A stretch of 64,000 nucleotides of DNA from Pseudomonadota bacterium (GTDB lineage Bacteria; Bdellovibrionota_B; Oligoflexia; Oligoflexales; CAIYRB01), in the NCBI GenBank assembly GCA_031416315.1, contig JANOTL010000109.1:32001-96000 (forward strand), written 5' to 3'. The translations under genes were made by a program, and so were the position numbers. Positions 1-9,432 of the stretch are shown piece after piece. Numbering within the stretch: position 1 is the stretch's first letter; each line of letters begins with the position of its first letter. Below the pieces are notes generated by a model. That model worked only from the letters and a program-made list of their open reading frames with translations, did not search any database and was not told where the DNA came from.

Positions 1-1581
1 GCCGACGGGCATGCCGAGCTCGACTCCAGTGAGCACCTTGCTCGGGGAGATCACGACGCGAGCGTAGTTCTGAAGGTCTTGCGGGCGATCGGGGAGGCCC
101 AGGCGCTTTTGGCTCTTGGGCACCCGGTTGATCTCGACGACCCGGCCGGAGAGCGGCGTGCGATTCGACGGGAGCATGATCTCCGACACGGCGCCGATCG
201 TAATGCGGTCGGCGTCGTCCTGCGAGATGAGGGCGTCGACCGTGAGCTCGTGCGACTCCCGCGGACGAAGGCGTAGGACGAGGTCGCCCTTCTTCGCTTG
301 CTCGCCGACGGCGGAGTGGACGCTTTCGACGACGCAGTCGCAGGGGCTCCTGACTTGCAGGTCCTCGCGGCGGAGGTTCAGGGCCTTCGAGCGCGCTTCG
401 CGGACGGCGACGTCGGCGCGCGCCATCGCCACGCTCTGTTCGAGCTTGAGGCGGTTGGCGACGTCGGTCTTCGCCATGCCGGTGTCGAAGCCCTCGCCGA
501 GGAGGCGGCTCCGCGCCTCGGCCTCGGCGAGCTCGCGCTCGGCCGTCTCGGCTTTCGTCTGCGCGGCGAGACGCAGGGACTCGTCGGCGTCGAGCTCGGC
601 GAGCGCCACGACTTTCTCGGCGAAGAGCTGCTTCGTCTTCGCGAAGCGCTGGTCGGCCATCTCCGCCTCGCGGCGCGCGCGCTTGGCGGCGTTGCGCGCG
701 AGCTTAACGTTGGAAACGCCGCTCTTGATCGACTCGGTCTCGACGACGCCGGCGATCTGTGCTTCGCGCTCAAGGTACTTCAGGCGCACGCGATCACGGT
801 CGAGCTCGGCCGCGGCGACCTCGAGGTCTCCACGCAGCTCGTTGTCGGTCATCTCGAAGACGACGTCGCCTTTCGCCGCCGCGGCGCCGACTTTGAGCTT
901 CGGCAACTCGCGGCCGTCGAGGGCGCCGTCGACCGGTGCCTTGACGTCGAGGGTCGGCGCGGAGACGGCGGCGAGCTTCGTCTCGAGGATCGTGATGCGG
1001 TCGTAGGCCAGGACGCCGGCCAAGGCGAGGATCAACGCTCCGGCGGCGATCGAGGCCGTAAGCGACATGATGCGGCGCGTTTTGCCGAAGCGCGGCAGGG
1101 GCTTTTGCCCGGCGGCCGCGATCTTCCTCTGGGCGCTGGTGCCGCCACCTTCAGCCAGGACGCCGTCGACGGAGATGAGGCGGCCCGACAGGTGGCTCTC
1201 GATCAGATAACGCAAGGTCTCCGACTGCGAGCGCGTCAGCTCCAGGAAGCGCAGGCCAGCGCGGCCGCTATCGGGGGACCGCCAGACTGGGATGACGGGG
1301 AGCGCGAGCTTGAGCTCGAAGCCGTGGCACGGCAGCGAGATCTCGACCACCGAGGTGCCGAGCGTCGCGCCCGCGGCGACGCCCCGGATGCCGATGCCCC
1401 CGATCGACACGTCGCGCAGCTCGAACGGCGCGCCGTTGAGCGTGACGAGCGAGTTCAGCTCGACGCGCATATGGTGCCGATCGCTCGGCCCGTCGCGCTC
1501 GATGCGCGCCGGGACGTCGCTCGTCCCCGCCTGGATGCCGCTGCCGCTTTGTGCGGCCTCCGATCCGTCCTGTAGATTCAT
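1..1581 (-). CDS. alg44: Alg44-like c-di-GMP-binding co-polymerase (PilZ + TM + HlyD/membrane-fusion domain); 3' end runs off the window
   Basis: Not in the ORF track because it has no stop in the window. Manual translation from ATG 1581 (ATGA overlap with alg8 stop) gives MNLQDG...DRHHMR...RDVSIGGIG (PilZ RxxxR and DxSxxG motifs), a TM segment IAAGALILALAGVLAY, a coiled coil and VRSPCDCVV (lipoyl-like half motif as in Alg44). Confidence 0.85.
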   Translation of the reverse strand, partial: MNLQDGSEAAQSGSGIQAGTSDVPARIERDGPSDRHHMRVELNSLVTLNGAPFELRDVSIGGIGIRGVAAGATLGTSVVEISLPCHGFELKLALPVIPVWRSPDSGRAGLRFLELTRSQSETLRYLIESHLSGRLISVDGVLAEGGGTSAQRKIAAAGQKPLPRFGKTRRIMSLTASIAAGALILALAGVLAYDRITILETKLAAVSAPTLDVKAPVDGALDGRELPKLKVGAAAAKGDVVFEMTDNELRGDLEVAAAELDRDRVRLKYLEREAQIAGVVETESIKSGVSNVKLARNAAKRARREAEMADQRFAKTKQLFAEKVVALAELDADESLRLAAQTKAETAERELAEAEARSRLLGEGFDTGMAKTDVANRLKLEQSVAMARADVAVREARSKALNLRREDLQVRSPCDCVVESVHSAVGEQAKKGDLVLRLRPRESHELTVDALISQDDADRITIGAVSEIMLPSNRTPLSGRVVEINRVPKSQKRLGLPDRPQDLQNYARVVISPSKVLTGVELGMPVG

Positions 1582-3248
1582 GGAGCCCCATCCCCCCCAA
1601 TTGACCCGACGATCGGGCGAAAAGCGCTCGCGGTCGGCGACGGCAGGGCCTTGCTGGCGATGGCCATCAAGGTCAAGAACGTCGCGCCCGCGAGCGCCGT
1701 GAAATACCTGGTCCAGAAAAGTTGCTTGAGCGAGGCGCGCGCGCTCGAGAGTCCTTGCCGCGTCCAGCTTTGCTGATCGATGCGGAAACTCATGTGAATC
1801 TTCAGCAAAGCGCCGTAGAGCTGCGTGTAATAGAGCAAAAACGGGAAATGCGGGCTGACACGTCCGCGCAGGGCGCCGAGCGCCACGCCTTGGAAGAAAC
1901 GGCTGCAGAGGACCCATACGGCGTAAGCGACGAGATAAGCAGGATTGCGCGTCACGGCGCTCAGCAGGGCGAAGCTCGGGCCGCACAGCGCGGTCCACAT
2001 CGAGATCCGCTGGTCCAAGAGGCAGAACCAGGTGAAGAGGCCCGCACGACGCGGTCCGAGGGCGACGGCGCGGCCGTTGCTCCTCAGCATGTTGCCGAAC
2101 CAGCGGACCATGAGGCGCGTCGTGCCCTCGACGAAACGCGGCGTCGGCAACTTCTCGAAACAGCCGGTGGCGAGATCCGGCAGATAGAGCATCCGGTAGC
2201 CGTGGGAGAGCGTCCAGTACCAGGTTGATTTGTCGTCGCCGGTGAGGAACCTGAAATTGCCGTGGCGCCAGTGGTCGACCGCGTCGTTCTGCAGGCGGTC
2301 GATGAAGCTCGGGTCGGTCGCGACGGAGGCTCGGAACATGGAGAAACGCCCGGTCAGCACGAGGAGGCGGCGCGACAACGACAGTGAGGACATGGTCATG
2401 TGGCGATGCGCAAGGCGCAGATCGTACCACTCCTTGACCCAGTCGTTGCCTTCCACGATGGCGTAGTTGTCGGTCGTGAGCGCGCCCAGGTCGGGCATCG
2501 TGCGGAAGAAGCCGACGGCTTTGTGGAAGGTCCCGCGCTTCACATAGGTGTCGCCGTCCATCAGGAGGACGACGTCGTCGGGGCGTGGACGGCGGCGCAC
2601 GATCGCGCGCAATGCTTCGGCCATCGCGTCGCGCTTGCCCGTTCCGGCCTGCCGCATGAGGACCAGGCTGACGCGGCTACGGTCGGCGAGGCGCGCGTGC
2701 AGGGAGGTGATGTAGCGCATCTCGGCGGTATCGGTGACCGCGGCGACGATGGTGACGGGAGCGCCGTAAGCGGAGGCCTCGCGGAAAAGTGCCTCGTACA
2801 CTTTGTGAGTGACTTGCGCCTCCATTCTGTAGCTGGTCACGAGCGCGAACACGCGCGGAAGCGTGCGCGTCGCGAGAGCTTCTTCTACGGCGGCGTCGGC
2901 GGCATGGCGGTGGCGCGGGAACGAGACGAAGCGGTACGCGAGATAACGCGTGAAATGCACGAGCGCCCAGGCATAGCGCCACGTGCCGATCACGCCGAGC
3001 GTGAAGAAGACCTCTTCGTGACCGGGCGCGATCAGAGAGCGCGGCAGGAAGCCGTAGAGCGCCAAGAGCGCGGCGATCCACAGCGCGAAGCCCAAACGCC
3101 GCGAAAGCGGCGAGGCGAGCGTCGGAACGGAGATCGGGTCGGCCTCGGCGGCGACCGGCTCGTCGTCACGGCGCCGGCCGCGAACAACCGAGCGCGCTTC
3201 GCGTTTGGCGACGCTCGTCTCTTCGGTTCGCGCTCGTGCCGAGAACAT
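1578..3248 (-). CDS. alg8: Alg8-like GT2 processive polysaccharide (mannuronan) synthase; start uncertain (3248 or up to 3344)
   Basis: Motifs TSYR, GTGKRDAMA, LMDGDT (DxD), LVLTGRFSMFRA, FLTGDDKSTW, LMVRWFGN (Alg8-type LxxRW) and LDQRISMWT; N- and C-terminal TM helices; coupled to the alg44-like gene. Confidence 0.9.
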   Translation of the reverse strand: MFSARARTEETSVAKREARSVVRGRRRDDEPVAAEADPISVPTLASPLSRRLGFALWIAALLALYGFLPRSLIAPGHEEVFFTLGVIGTWRYAWALVHFTRYLAYRFVSFPRHRHAADAAVEEALATRTLPRVFALVTSYRMEAQVTHKVYEALFREASAYGAPVTIVAAVTDTAEMRYITSLHARLADRSRVSLVLMRQAGTGKRDAMAEALRAIVRRRPRPDDVVLLMDGDTYVKRGTFHKAVGFFRTMPDLGALTTDNYAIVEGNDWVKEWYDLRLAHRHMTMSSLSLSRRLLVLTGRFSMFRASVATDPSFIDRLQNDAVDHWRHGNFRFLTGDDKSTWYWTLSHGYRMLYLPDLATGCFEKLPTPRFVEGTTRLMVRWFGNMLRSNGRAVALGPRRAGLFTWFCLLDQRISMWTALCGPSFALLSAVTRNPAYLVAYAVWVLCSRFFQGVALGALRGRVSPHFPFLLYYTQLYGALLKIHMSFRIDQQSWTRQGLSSARASLKQLFWTRYFTALAGATFLTLMAIASKALPSPTASAFRPIVGSIGGDGAP

Positions 3249-3447
3249 CGACTCACCAGGCCCGGCCTCAGAGAGGTCGCACAAAGGGTTTTGCGAGGCG
3301 CAAAGAACTGACGAGCTTTTAGCAGCTCGGGCCATTTGCCGCAAGCGGCGGAGACCGCAAGCCCTTCCCGGCCAAAGCTGCGCATGAGAAGGGTTTGCGG
3401 GCTTTTGACCTTCGCCGATCGGAAGAAAATCGGCTATAAGGGCGACC

Positions 3448-4737
3448 GTGAAAACTTTGCGCCATCTTCACTTTGCGAGCGCGCTCGCGATCCTCTCCGT
3501 GGGGGCCTGCAGCCTACCCGAGTCGAAAGTCCGTTGTACGCCGCCGGGACCCGCGCTGAGCCAGGGCGCCTTGGCCTTGGAGGGCGCCGTAGGGATCCCG
3601 CTGGTGACGCTCGACGGCAAGGGTCTCGAGCGGGCGCGAACCCGCCAATTCACCTGCCCAAAGAGCTGGGGTGGCGAGGCCAAGCAGCTGAAGTACTCGT
3701 CGAGGCGCTTCCTGACGCTGCCGATTCGGACGGTCGTCGACAAGGGCGCGGTGCCGCCGAGCGGCGACAAACACGACTTCTTCAGCATCGGGCGGTACTT
3801 CTGGCCCAATGCTCAGACGGCCGACGGGCTGCCTTGGGTGCGTCGCGACGGCGACGTCAATCCGACCGGGTTCAGCGAGCTTTACGACAAGCAGGCTTCC
3901 GACGACATGTTTTCGGCCGTTGCCATCTTGGGGCAAGGCTATTTTTTCCACGGCGAAGAAGCGATGGTGGCGCGCGCCGCCGAGTACGTGACGAAGTGGT
4001 TCGTCGATCCCGCGACGCGGATGCATCCGAACTTGAATTTCGCCGAGGGAGTTCCCGGCAAGGCCTTCGGTCGCGCTCAGGGCATCATGGCGTTCTCGAA
4101 GATGGTGGACCTCCTGGACGCCTTGGCGCTGGTGCAGGACTCGCCGTCGTGGACGCCCGAGGTCGCCTCTGGGCTGCGCGCCTGGATCTCCGAGTTTTAT
4201 GTTTGGCTCGGCACGCATCCGAACGCGCTGCGCGAGGGCGAGGCGAGGAACAACCACGGCACCTATTTCGACGCCCAGCAGGCGGCGCTCGCGCTCTATC
4301 TCGGGAAGCAGGACGAGGCGCGCGCCATTGTCGAGGCCGCGAAGGAGCGGCGCATTGCGACGCCGATCGAGCCGACGGGATTGCAGCCTTTCGAGGTCGA
4401 GCGCGCCAACAGCTGGTTCTACTCGACGTTCAACCTGCGGGGTCTGATGGATCTCGCCGCGATCGGCGAGCGGGTCGGCGTCGACCTCTGGCGCTACGAG
4501 ACGGCGGACGGGCGCGGGATCCGAAAGGCGCTCGACCTCCTCGTCGCGGTTGTCCAGGGTACGGAGCCTTGGCCGTACGCAGGCGAGGTCGAGGAGGGGA
4601 GGATCTACGAGCTCCTGCTTCGGGCCTCGAAGGCCTACGGCGAGCCGCGCTACGCGCAGATCGCCGAGGCGCTTCCAGCCGTGGACGAGTCGGAGGAAAG
4701 GTCTCGTCGGATCCTCCGCCTTCTCTGGGCTTACTGA
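3448..4737 (+). CDS. Alginate lyase family (PF05426-type, alpha/alpha toroid) lipoprotein
   Basis: Lipobox LSVGAC; PPSGDKHDFFS.GRYFWPN, NNHGT catalytic-type motif, RANSWFYSTFNL. Confidence 0.85.
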   Translation: MKTLRHLHFASALAILSVGACSLPESKVRCTPPGPALSQGALALEGAVGIPLVTLDGKGLERARTRQFTCPKSWGGEAKQLKYSSRRFLTLPIRTVVDKGAVPPSGDKHDFFSIGRYFWPNAQTADGLPWVRRDGDVNPTGFSELYDKQASDDMFSAVAILGQGYFFHGEEAMVARAAEYVTKWFVDPATRMHPNLNFAEGVPGKAFGRAQGIMAFSKMVDLLDALALVQDSPSWTPEVASGLRAWISEFYVWLGTHPNALREGEARNNHGTYFDAQQAALALYLGKQDEARAIVEAAKERRIATPIEPTGLQPFEVERANSWFYSTFNLRGLMDLAAIGERVGVDLWRYETADGRGIRKALDLLVAVVQGTEPWPYAGEVEEGRIYELLLRASKAYGEPRYAQIAEALPAVDESEERSRRILRLLWAY

Positions 4738-4743
4738 TCGGCA

Positions 4744-6207
4744 CTAGCGACAGTCGCTGCCGTTCAAGACGTTCTGGAGCGTGGCGTCGTAGCACAAGTC
4801 GGTACCTGAAGTGCCGCCGGCGGTGCCGCACTTCCATTCGCTCGACGAGACGGGGCCGAAGTAGGGCGCCAAGGGCTTTCCGTCCTTGAAGACGACGCAG
4901 TATGTGCGCGCGGCGTCCCAGGCGCATCGACAGCGGCCTCGCTTGACGGAGCCTGGGGCGGAGCCACCGGAGACGGCGACGCTCGGGGTGCTGACCGGCG
5001 CGCGGCCGTTGTCGCGGACGGCGCGTTTGCAGGCTTGCTCGAAACCGTTGACGTTGTTGTCCTTGTAGTCGTCGAAGAAGACGCGGAGCGGCAGGCGGCT
5101 CTTGCCGCAGGTGCAGTTCATGCCGCCGTCGGCGTGCGCGTCGTCGCTGGCGCGGCCTTCGCCGTTGAGGCAGGCGCGACGGAAGGCGGTCTTGACGTCC
5201 TCGGATTTCATGTCGACCGGCTTCTCGCGCACGAGACGGCGGCATTCGTCGCTGCCTTTGTCGTAGAAAATCGCCTCCGTCCATGAGACGGAGCTGCCGC
5301 AAGTGCAGCTGACGGCGCTCGCGGTGCCCTTTTGCACCATGCCACCGGCGTTGCGGCAGTCGGTCTCGAAGCTCGAGCGCGGTCGGCCGCCGGAGGTCGG
5401 CGCGCGCAAACCTTCGAAGGCTGCGCCCGTGCGGAAGTCGCGGCACTCCTTGCCGCCCCGAAAGGCGACGGTGAGATAGTCCTCGTCACGCTTGAAGCAA
5501 TCTTTCATGACGGTGGCGGCGCAGGACGCGATCTTGCGCTGGCTGTCGAGACGCACGCAGGCGCCTTGTCTCGCATCGAGGAGGTCTCTGTAGTCGTCGT
5601 CGATTTGGAAGTCGTCGCAGGTGCCGAAACGGTAGAAAAAGGCGCCATTTTGCGGTGAATAGGCGCGGCAGCCGGCGCGCGTGCGGCCGGCGTTGCACGA
5701 GGTGATGTCGCGGTCGCCGCGGATGTAGACGCAGATGCCGTTCTCGTCCGCGTCGCCGCGGCGCCGCGTGAGCTCCTTTTCCATCGCGGTGTAACGCTCT
5801 TGGAGGCGGAGAATGTCGGCGCGGAGCGCGTCGAGCTCGCGCTGCTTGCGCTCCGTCTCGGTGTCGGCGGTGAGGCCTAAGCCCTCGGGTGCGGCGTTGT
5901 TGACGGGGACGTTGGTCGCGACCTTCGGCTTTGCGGCCGGCGCATCGCCCTCGACCGGAGCGTTGAGGGCGTCGAGGCGCTGGTCGATACGGCCGAGGTC
6001 GCCTTCGAGCGAGCGCTCTTCGGCCCGCAGCGTGGCGTCGTCGCAGCCCTGGAGGTCTCCGTCCTTTGGAACGGTGAGGTTGTCGTCGGAGCTTTGCGGG
6101 CGGACGTTGCAAAATGCGGACGAGGTCCCGTCGTTCTTCAGCGTCGCGGCAGTGGGACCCTTACACGCCAAGGTGGCAAGACAGAGCGCGGTCAGCGTCG
6201 CTCGCAT
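4744..6207 (-). CDS. Cys-rich hypothetical lipoprotein with coiled coil and internal repeats
   Basis: ATG 6207 preceded by GGAGGA; lipobox TLAC; many paired Cys. Confidence 0.7.
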   Translation of the reverse strand: MRATLTALCLATLACKGPTAATLKNDGTSSAFCNVRPQSSDDNLTVPKDGDLQGCDDATLRAEERSLEGDLGRIDQRLDALNAPVEGDAPAAKPKVATNVPVNNAAPEGLGLTADTETERKQRELDALRADILRLQERYTAMEKELTRRRGDADENGICVYIRGDRDITSCNAGRTRAGCRAYSPQNGAFFYRFGTCDDFQIDDDYRDLLDARQGACVRLDSQRKIASCAATVMKDCFKRDEDYLTVAFRGGKECRDFRTGAAFEGLRAPTSGGRPRSSFETDCRNAGGMVQKGTASAVSCTCGSSVSWTEAIFYDKGSDECRRLVREKPVDMKSEDVKTAFRRACLNGEGRASDDAHADGGMNCTCGKSRLPLRVFFDDYKDNNVNGFEQACKRAVRDNGRAPVSTPSVAVSGGSAPGSVKRGRCRCAWDAARTYCVVFKDGKPLAPYFGPVSSSEWKCGTAGGTSGTDLCYDATLQNVLNGSDCR

Positions 6208-6397
6208 CGACGGTTCCTCCTGAAGATCGTTCCGTATTTCGTCTTTTCGGCGCATCGGCTCAAAACTTGAGCCGGACCTATCCGCGGCAAGCGAGAGGTA
6301 TGGCGCCGAATCTAGACGATAAATCGGCGAATCGCGGGTGGCGAGGAGACGGAGGACGCGACGCACCCACGTTGTTGTGGGTCGAGGGCAGGCAAGG

Positions 6398-7585
6398 CTA
6401 CTTGATCTCTATTTTCTGCGGGTCGAGGACGAGGTTGCCGGGACCGTCGGGCGGCGCCCAGCCGGATTTCGCCTCGGTCCGACGGATCTTGTTCCAAGTG
6501 TGGCCGCGACGCGGGAGGATCGTGGCGCCCTCGACGCGGTTGCGCTGGGTGAAGCCGCCGTGGAAATTGACGTCGCAGTCGGAGTCGAGACCGCTGAACA
6601 AGTTGTCGTGGCTTGACCATTGAATGGCGAGGTGACGCAACCCGCGCAGGCGCAGATCGCGGAAGACGCCGTAGTACGTCCGGGCGACGCGGAAGTAGCC
6701 GTTGCCCTCCTTGCCCTTGTTCCAGGCGCCATCAGCGCGGATCTTCTCGACGCGTGGCGACAAGACGCCGTCGAGATGGACGGCGTGGCGGCCGGCGTCC
6801 AGGATCTCCAGATCCTCGAGGCGCGGCGCGAGAGCGCCGTGGACGAAGATACCGTCGACGACGGCTTCGGGCTTGGCGTTCTCGTAGCGCGTCGGGTCGG
6901 GATGCGCGCCGAGATCGTAGTGCAGGGTCATGCCCTTGATCACGACGTCGCGGAGAACGGGTGCAGCCATGATCTCGGCGCGTGCAGGGAAGGCGATGCC
7001 CAAGGGCAGGTCGAGAGTGAGAGCCGGGCCGGCGACGGAGCGCACGTGAGCGAGCGTCTGGCGCACGTACGGATAGCGCTTGCGCCAAGCCTTGGCGCCG
7101 ATGGCGTCGAGGAACGCGGCATCGTTCGGGGCGCGGACGAGGACGACGTCGCCGGCGGCAAAGGGGGCGAGCTTGGTCTTCTCCGGCGCGAGTGTGATGG
7201 TCGTGGCCGTCTCGTCGACGGCGGCGGCGAGATGGCGTTTCGCGACATGCGTCATGGTCGCGAACGTCGGACCCTCGACGCGGAGGATGGCTTCGGGACG
7301 CGCTTCCGTGCCCTTGAATCTGGCGCGAAGGATGGTCTTACCCGGACCTTTGCCAGAGACCGTGAGGCGGTCGACGGCGAGGCGGAGCGGCGCGTCGAGC
7401 TCGTAGGTGCGGGCCTCGAGCTCGATGGTGTCGCCGGGCTTGGCGGCGGCGACAAGAGCGCTGAGGGTGGGGGCGGGCGAGGCTGGCGGCGCCTTCGTGT
7501 CGACCGGCGGCGCGACCGCGGGGGCGGCCGCGAGAAGGAGCGCGCGGCAGATTTTGCCCGGCCGGCAGTCGGCAAATGTGGCCAT
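6398..7585 (-). CDS. Right-handed beta-helix (pectin-lyase-like fold) protein, probable polysaccharide-modifying enzyme
   Basis: AAKPGDTIELEARTYEL...GKGPGKTILR N-terminal cap typical of beta-helix enzymes; PbH1-like repeats (DGIFVHG, HAVHLDG, RHLAIQWSSHDNLF). Confidence 0.7.
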   Translation of the reverse strand: MATFADCRPGKICRALLLAAAPAVAPPVDTKAPPASPAPTLSALVAAAKPGDTIELEARTYELDAPLRLAVDRLTVSGKGPGKTILRARFKGTEARPEAILRVEGPTFATMTHVAKRHLAAAVDETATTITLAPEKTKLAPFAAGDVVLVRAPNDAAFLDAIGAKAWRKRYPYVRQTLAHVRSVAGPALTLDLPLGIAFPARAEIMAAPVLRDVVIKGMTLHYDLGAHPDPTRYENAKPEAVVDGIFVHGALAPRLEDLEILDAGRHAVHLDGVLSPRVEKIRADGAWNKGKEGNGYFRVARTYYGVFRDLRLRGLRHLAIQWSSHDNLFSGLDSDCDVNFHGGFTQRNRVEGATILPRRGHTWNKIRRTEAKSGWAPPDGPGNLVLDPQKIEIK

Positions 7586-7640
7586 CACGATGCGCCCTCC
7601 CCGCTGGCACCATATAATGGGGAAAGACAGAGGAGGAAGG

Positions 7641-8240
7641 ATGTTTTTCGCACGCCTCGGGCTCATGACGCTCGTATCGCTGCCGCTCGGCTGCGCGACG
7701 GCGATTCCGGCGCGCGATCTCGCCGAGGCCGTCGCCGGCAACACGTTCACGCGGCAAGGTGAATACCTGCTGAGCGCGAACGACCAGGTGAGCGTGAAGG
7801 TTTACGGCCAAGACAGCTTGAGCGGCCTCTACACGATCTCGCCGTCCGGCGTCTTGACCTTCCCCTTGATCGGCTTCGTGCAGGCGGCGGGGTCGACGTC
7901 GTTGCAGCTGACGGAGCGGCTCGGACGGGCGCTGCAGAGCTACGTGAAGAATCCGATCGTCACCGTCTCGGTCGCGAGCCAGGGGAGCTTGTCCGTGTAT
8001 TTTTCGGGCGAGTTCAATCGTCCCGGGGTCGCGAGCTTGCCGGGACGCACGTCGATGGTGCAAGGCGTCGCGCTCGGGGGCGGGCTTTCGAAGTACGCTT
8101 CGGGGAGGATCGTGCTCATTCGCCAGGGCGCGAACGGCACGACGCAACGTTATGCGAGCACGTACGACCGCCTGCTTTCAGGGCGCGGAGAGCTCGATCG
8201 GCTGACGCTCGAGCGGGGAGACGTCGTCCACGCCGAGTGA
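7641..8240 (+). CDS. Polysaccharide export OPX/Wza-family lipoprotein, short form (Poly_export + one SLBB)
   Basis: RBS GAGGAGG; lipobox PLGC; YLLSANDQVSVKVYG...ISPSGVLTFPLIGFVQAAG...YVKNPIVTV; ends LERGDVVHAE with no C-terminal outer-membrane helix. TATAAT at 7613-7618. Confidence 0.88.
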   Translation: MFFARLGLMTLVSLPLGCATAIPARDLAEAVAGNTFTRQGEYLLSANDQVSVKVYGQDSLSGLYTISPSGVLTFPLIGFVQAAGSTSLQLTERLGRALQSYVKNPIVTVSVASQGSLSVYFSGEFNRPGVASLPGRTSMVQGVALGGGLSKYASGRIVLIRQGANGTTQRYASTYDRLLSGRGELDRLTLERGDVVHAE

Positions 8241-8242
8241 GG

Positions 8243-9316
8243 TTAGTTGGGCGGATCGGGCGCCAGGTCTGGAAAATCGAGCTTCTCGGCCGCAACGATC
8301 TGCCGAAGCCAGGCGAGATTGTGGTCAGAGATGATGCTGACGTATTTCGACCGCTTCACCGCCGCGCCGTCGTCGCCGTCGTCGCCGTCGAGGAGCGAGC
8401 CGCCGGAGGTGGCGCCGGCGAGGTACCAGACGTCTTCCTCGCCCTCGAGTAGGAGCGGGCCGCCTGAGTCGCCGCGTCCGGAGGCCGCGTTCTCGCCGTC
8501 CTCCTTGCCGCCTAAACCGCCGCGAAAGTCGATGACGCCGCCTTTGACCTTATCGACGACGTTGAAGCCGGCGCGCTTCGGACCCGCGCCGGATTCCTTA
8601 TAGCCCCGCGTGTCGAGGGTGCCACCGCAGCGCGTCTGGAGAAAAAGGTCTACGGTCTCGTCCTGGCGCAGGGCGGCGAATTGCGCGCGGAAATCGCGCG
8701 AGTCGCACTCGGCGGGACACGCCGCGTCCGCGTCTTTGCGCACCGGATCCCAAGTGAAGGCGGTGGCGTAGTCGAACTTCACGCCCTGTTGGCGCGTGCC
8801 CAGGAGGAGGTGGCATTTGCCGTCGGGACGCTTGGCCTCGGGAATCGAGCAATAGCGGTCGTACTGTTGGATCACGCTGTGGCCGTAGCCGATGATCATG
8901 AGGCGGTCGCCTTCCTCCGGCTCGCGGTGGGGCAGGCGCGCAAGCTCGGTGCCGACGTAGGTTTTCGGCGGGAAGCGCACGAGAGCCAGGTCGAACTCGG
9001 GCTTCACTTCTTGCTTACAGTTTGTCCCCTGACGCGGCCAGTCGGGCTGGATGAAGAAGTCGGCGCGCTTGGCGCTCGCGCCTTGAAACTCCACCGACTG
9101 CGCACGGTCGACGCAGTGCGCGGCCGTGAGCAGGAGCGAGTCGCTGACGAAGCTGCCGGTGCAGGCACCGCTTCCGTCCATCGTCACGCGGACGACGTAA
9201 GGAAAGCCGGACTCGGCGCGGCCGTTCGTGATCTTGACCGCTGACGCGTCTGGGTGACGCTGCTTGCAACCCGGGGCGGAGGCGAGCGCGAGCGCGAGGG
9301 CCAGGGAAGGCCGCAT
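8243..9316 (-). CDS. Trypsin-like (S1) serine protease lipoprotein
   Basis: Lipobox APGC, mature start ITNG, LLTAAHC, DLAL, GDSGGP. Confidence 0.9.
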   Translation of the reverse strand: MRPSLALALALASAPGCKQRHPDASAVKITNGRAESGFPYVVRVTMDGSGACTGSFVSDSLLLTAAHCVDRAQSVEFQGASAKRADFFIQPDWPRQGTNCKQEVKPEFDLALVRFPPKTYVGTELARLPHREPEEGDRLMIIGYGHSVIQQYDRYCSIPEAKRPDGKCHLLLGTRQQGVKFDYATAFTWDPVRKDADAACPAECDSRDFRAQFAALRQDETVDLFLQTRCGGTLDTRGYKESGAGPKRAGFNVVDKVKGGVIDFRGGLGGKEDGENAASGRGDSGGPLLLEGEEDVWYLAGATSGGSLLDGDDGDDGAAVKRSKYVSIISDHNLAWLRQIVAAEKLDFPDLAPDPPN

Positions 9317-9432
9317 GAGGGCTCCGGTAAGGCAGGGTGGTCTTTGAGCTTTGGGGATTTTTCGGCGCTCGGGCGAAAGAGCTTGAGACGGAGTGCTTCC
9401 CGGCGATATATCTGGGGAAAATGAGGTGATGC

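Noticed and set aside
6398..7585. Calling the beta-helix protein algG
   Set aside because: The AlgG DPHD catalytic motif is absent, so no symbol was assigned.
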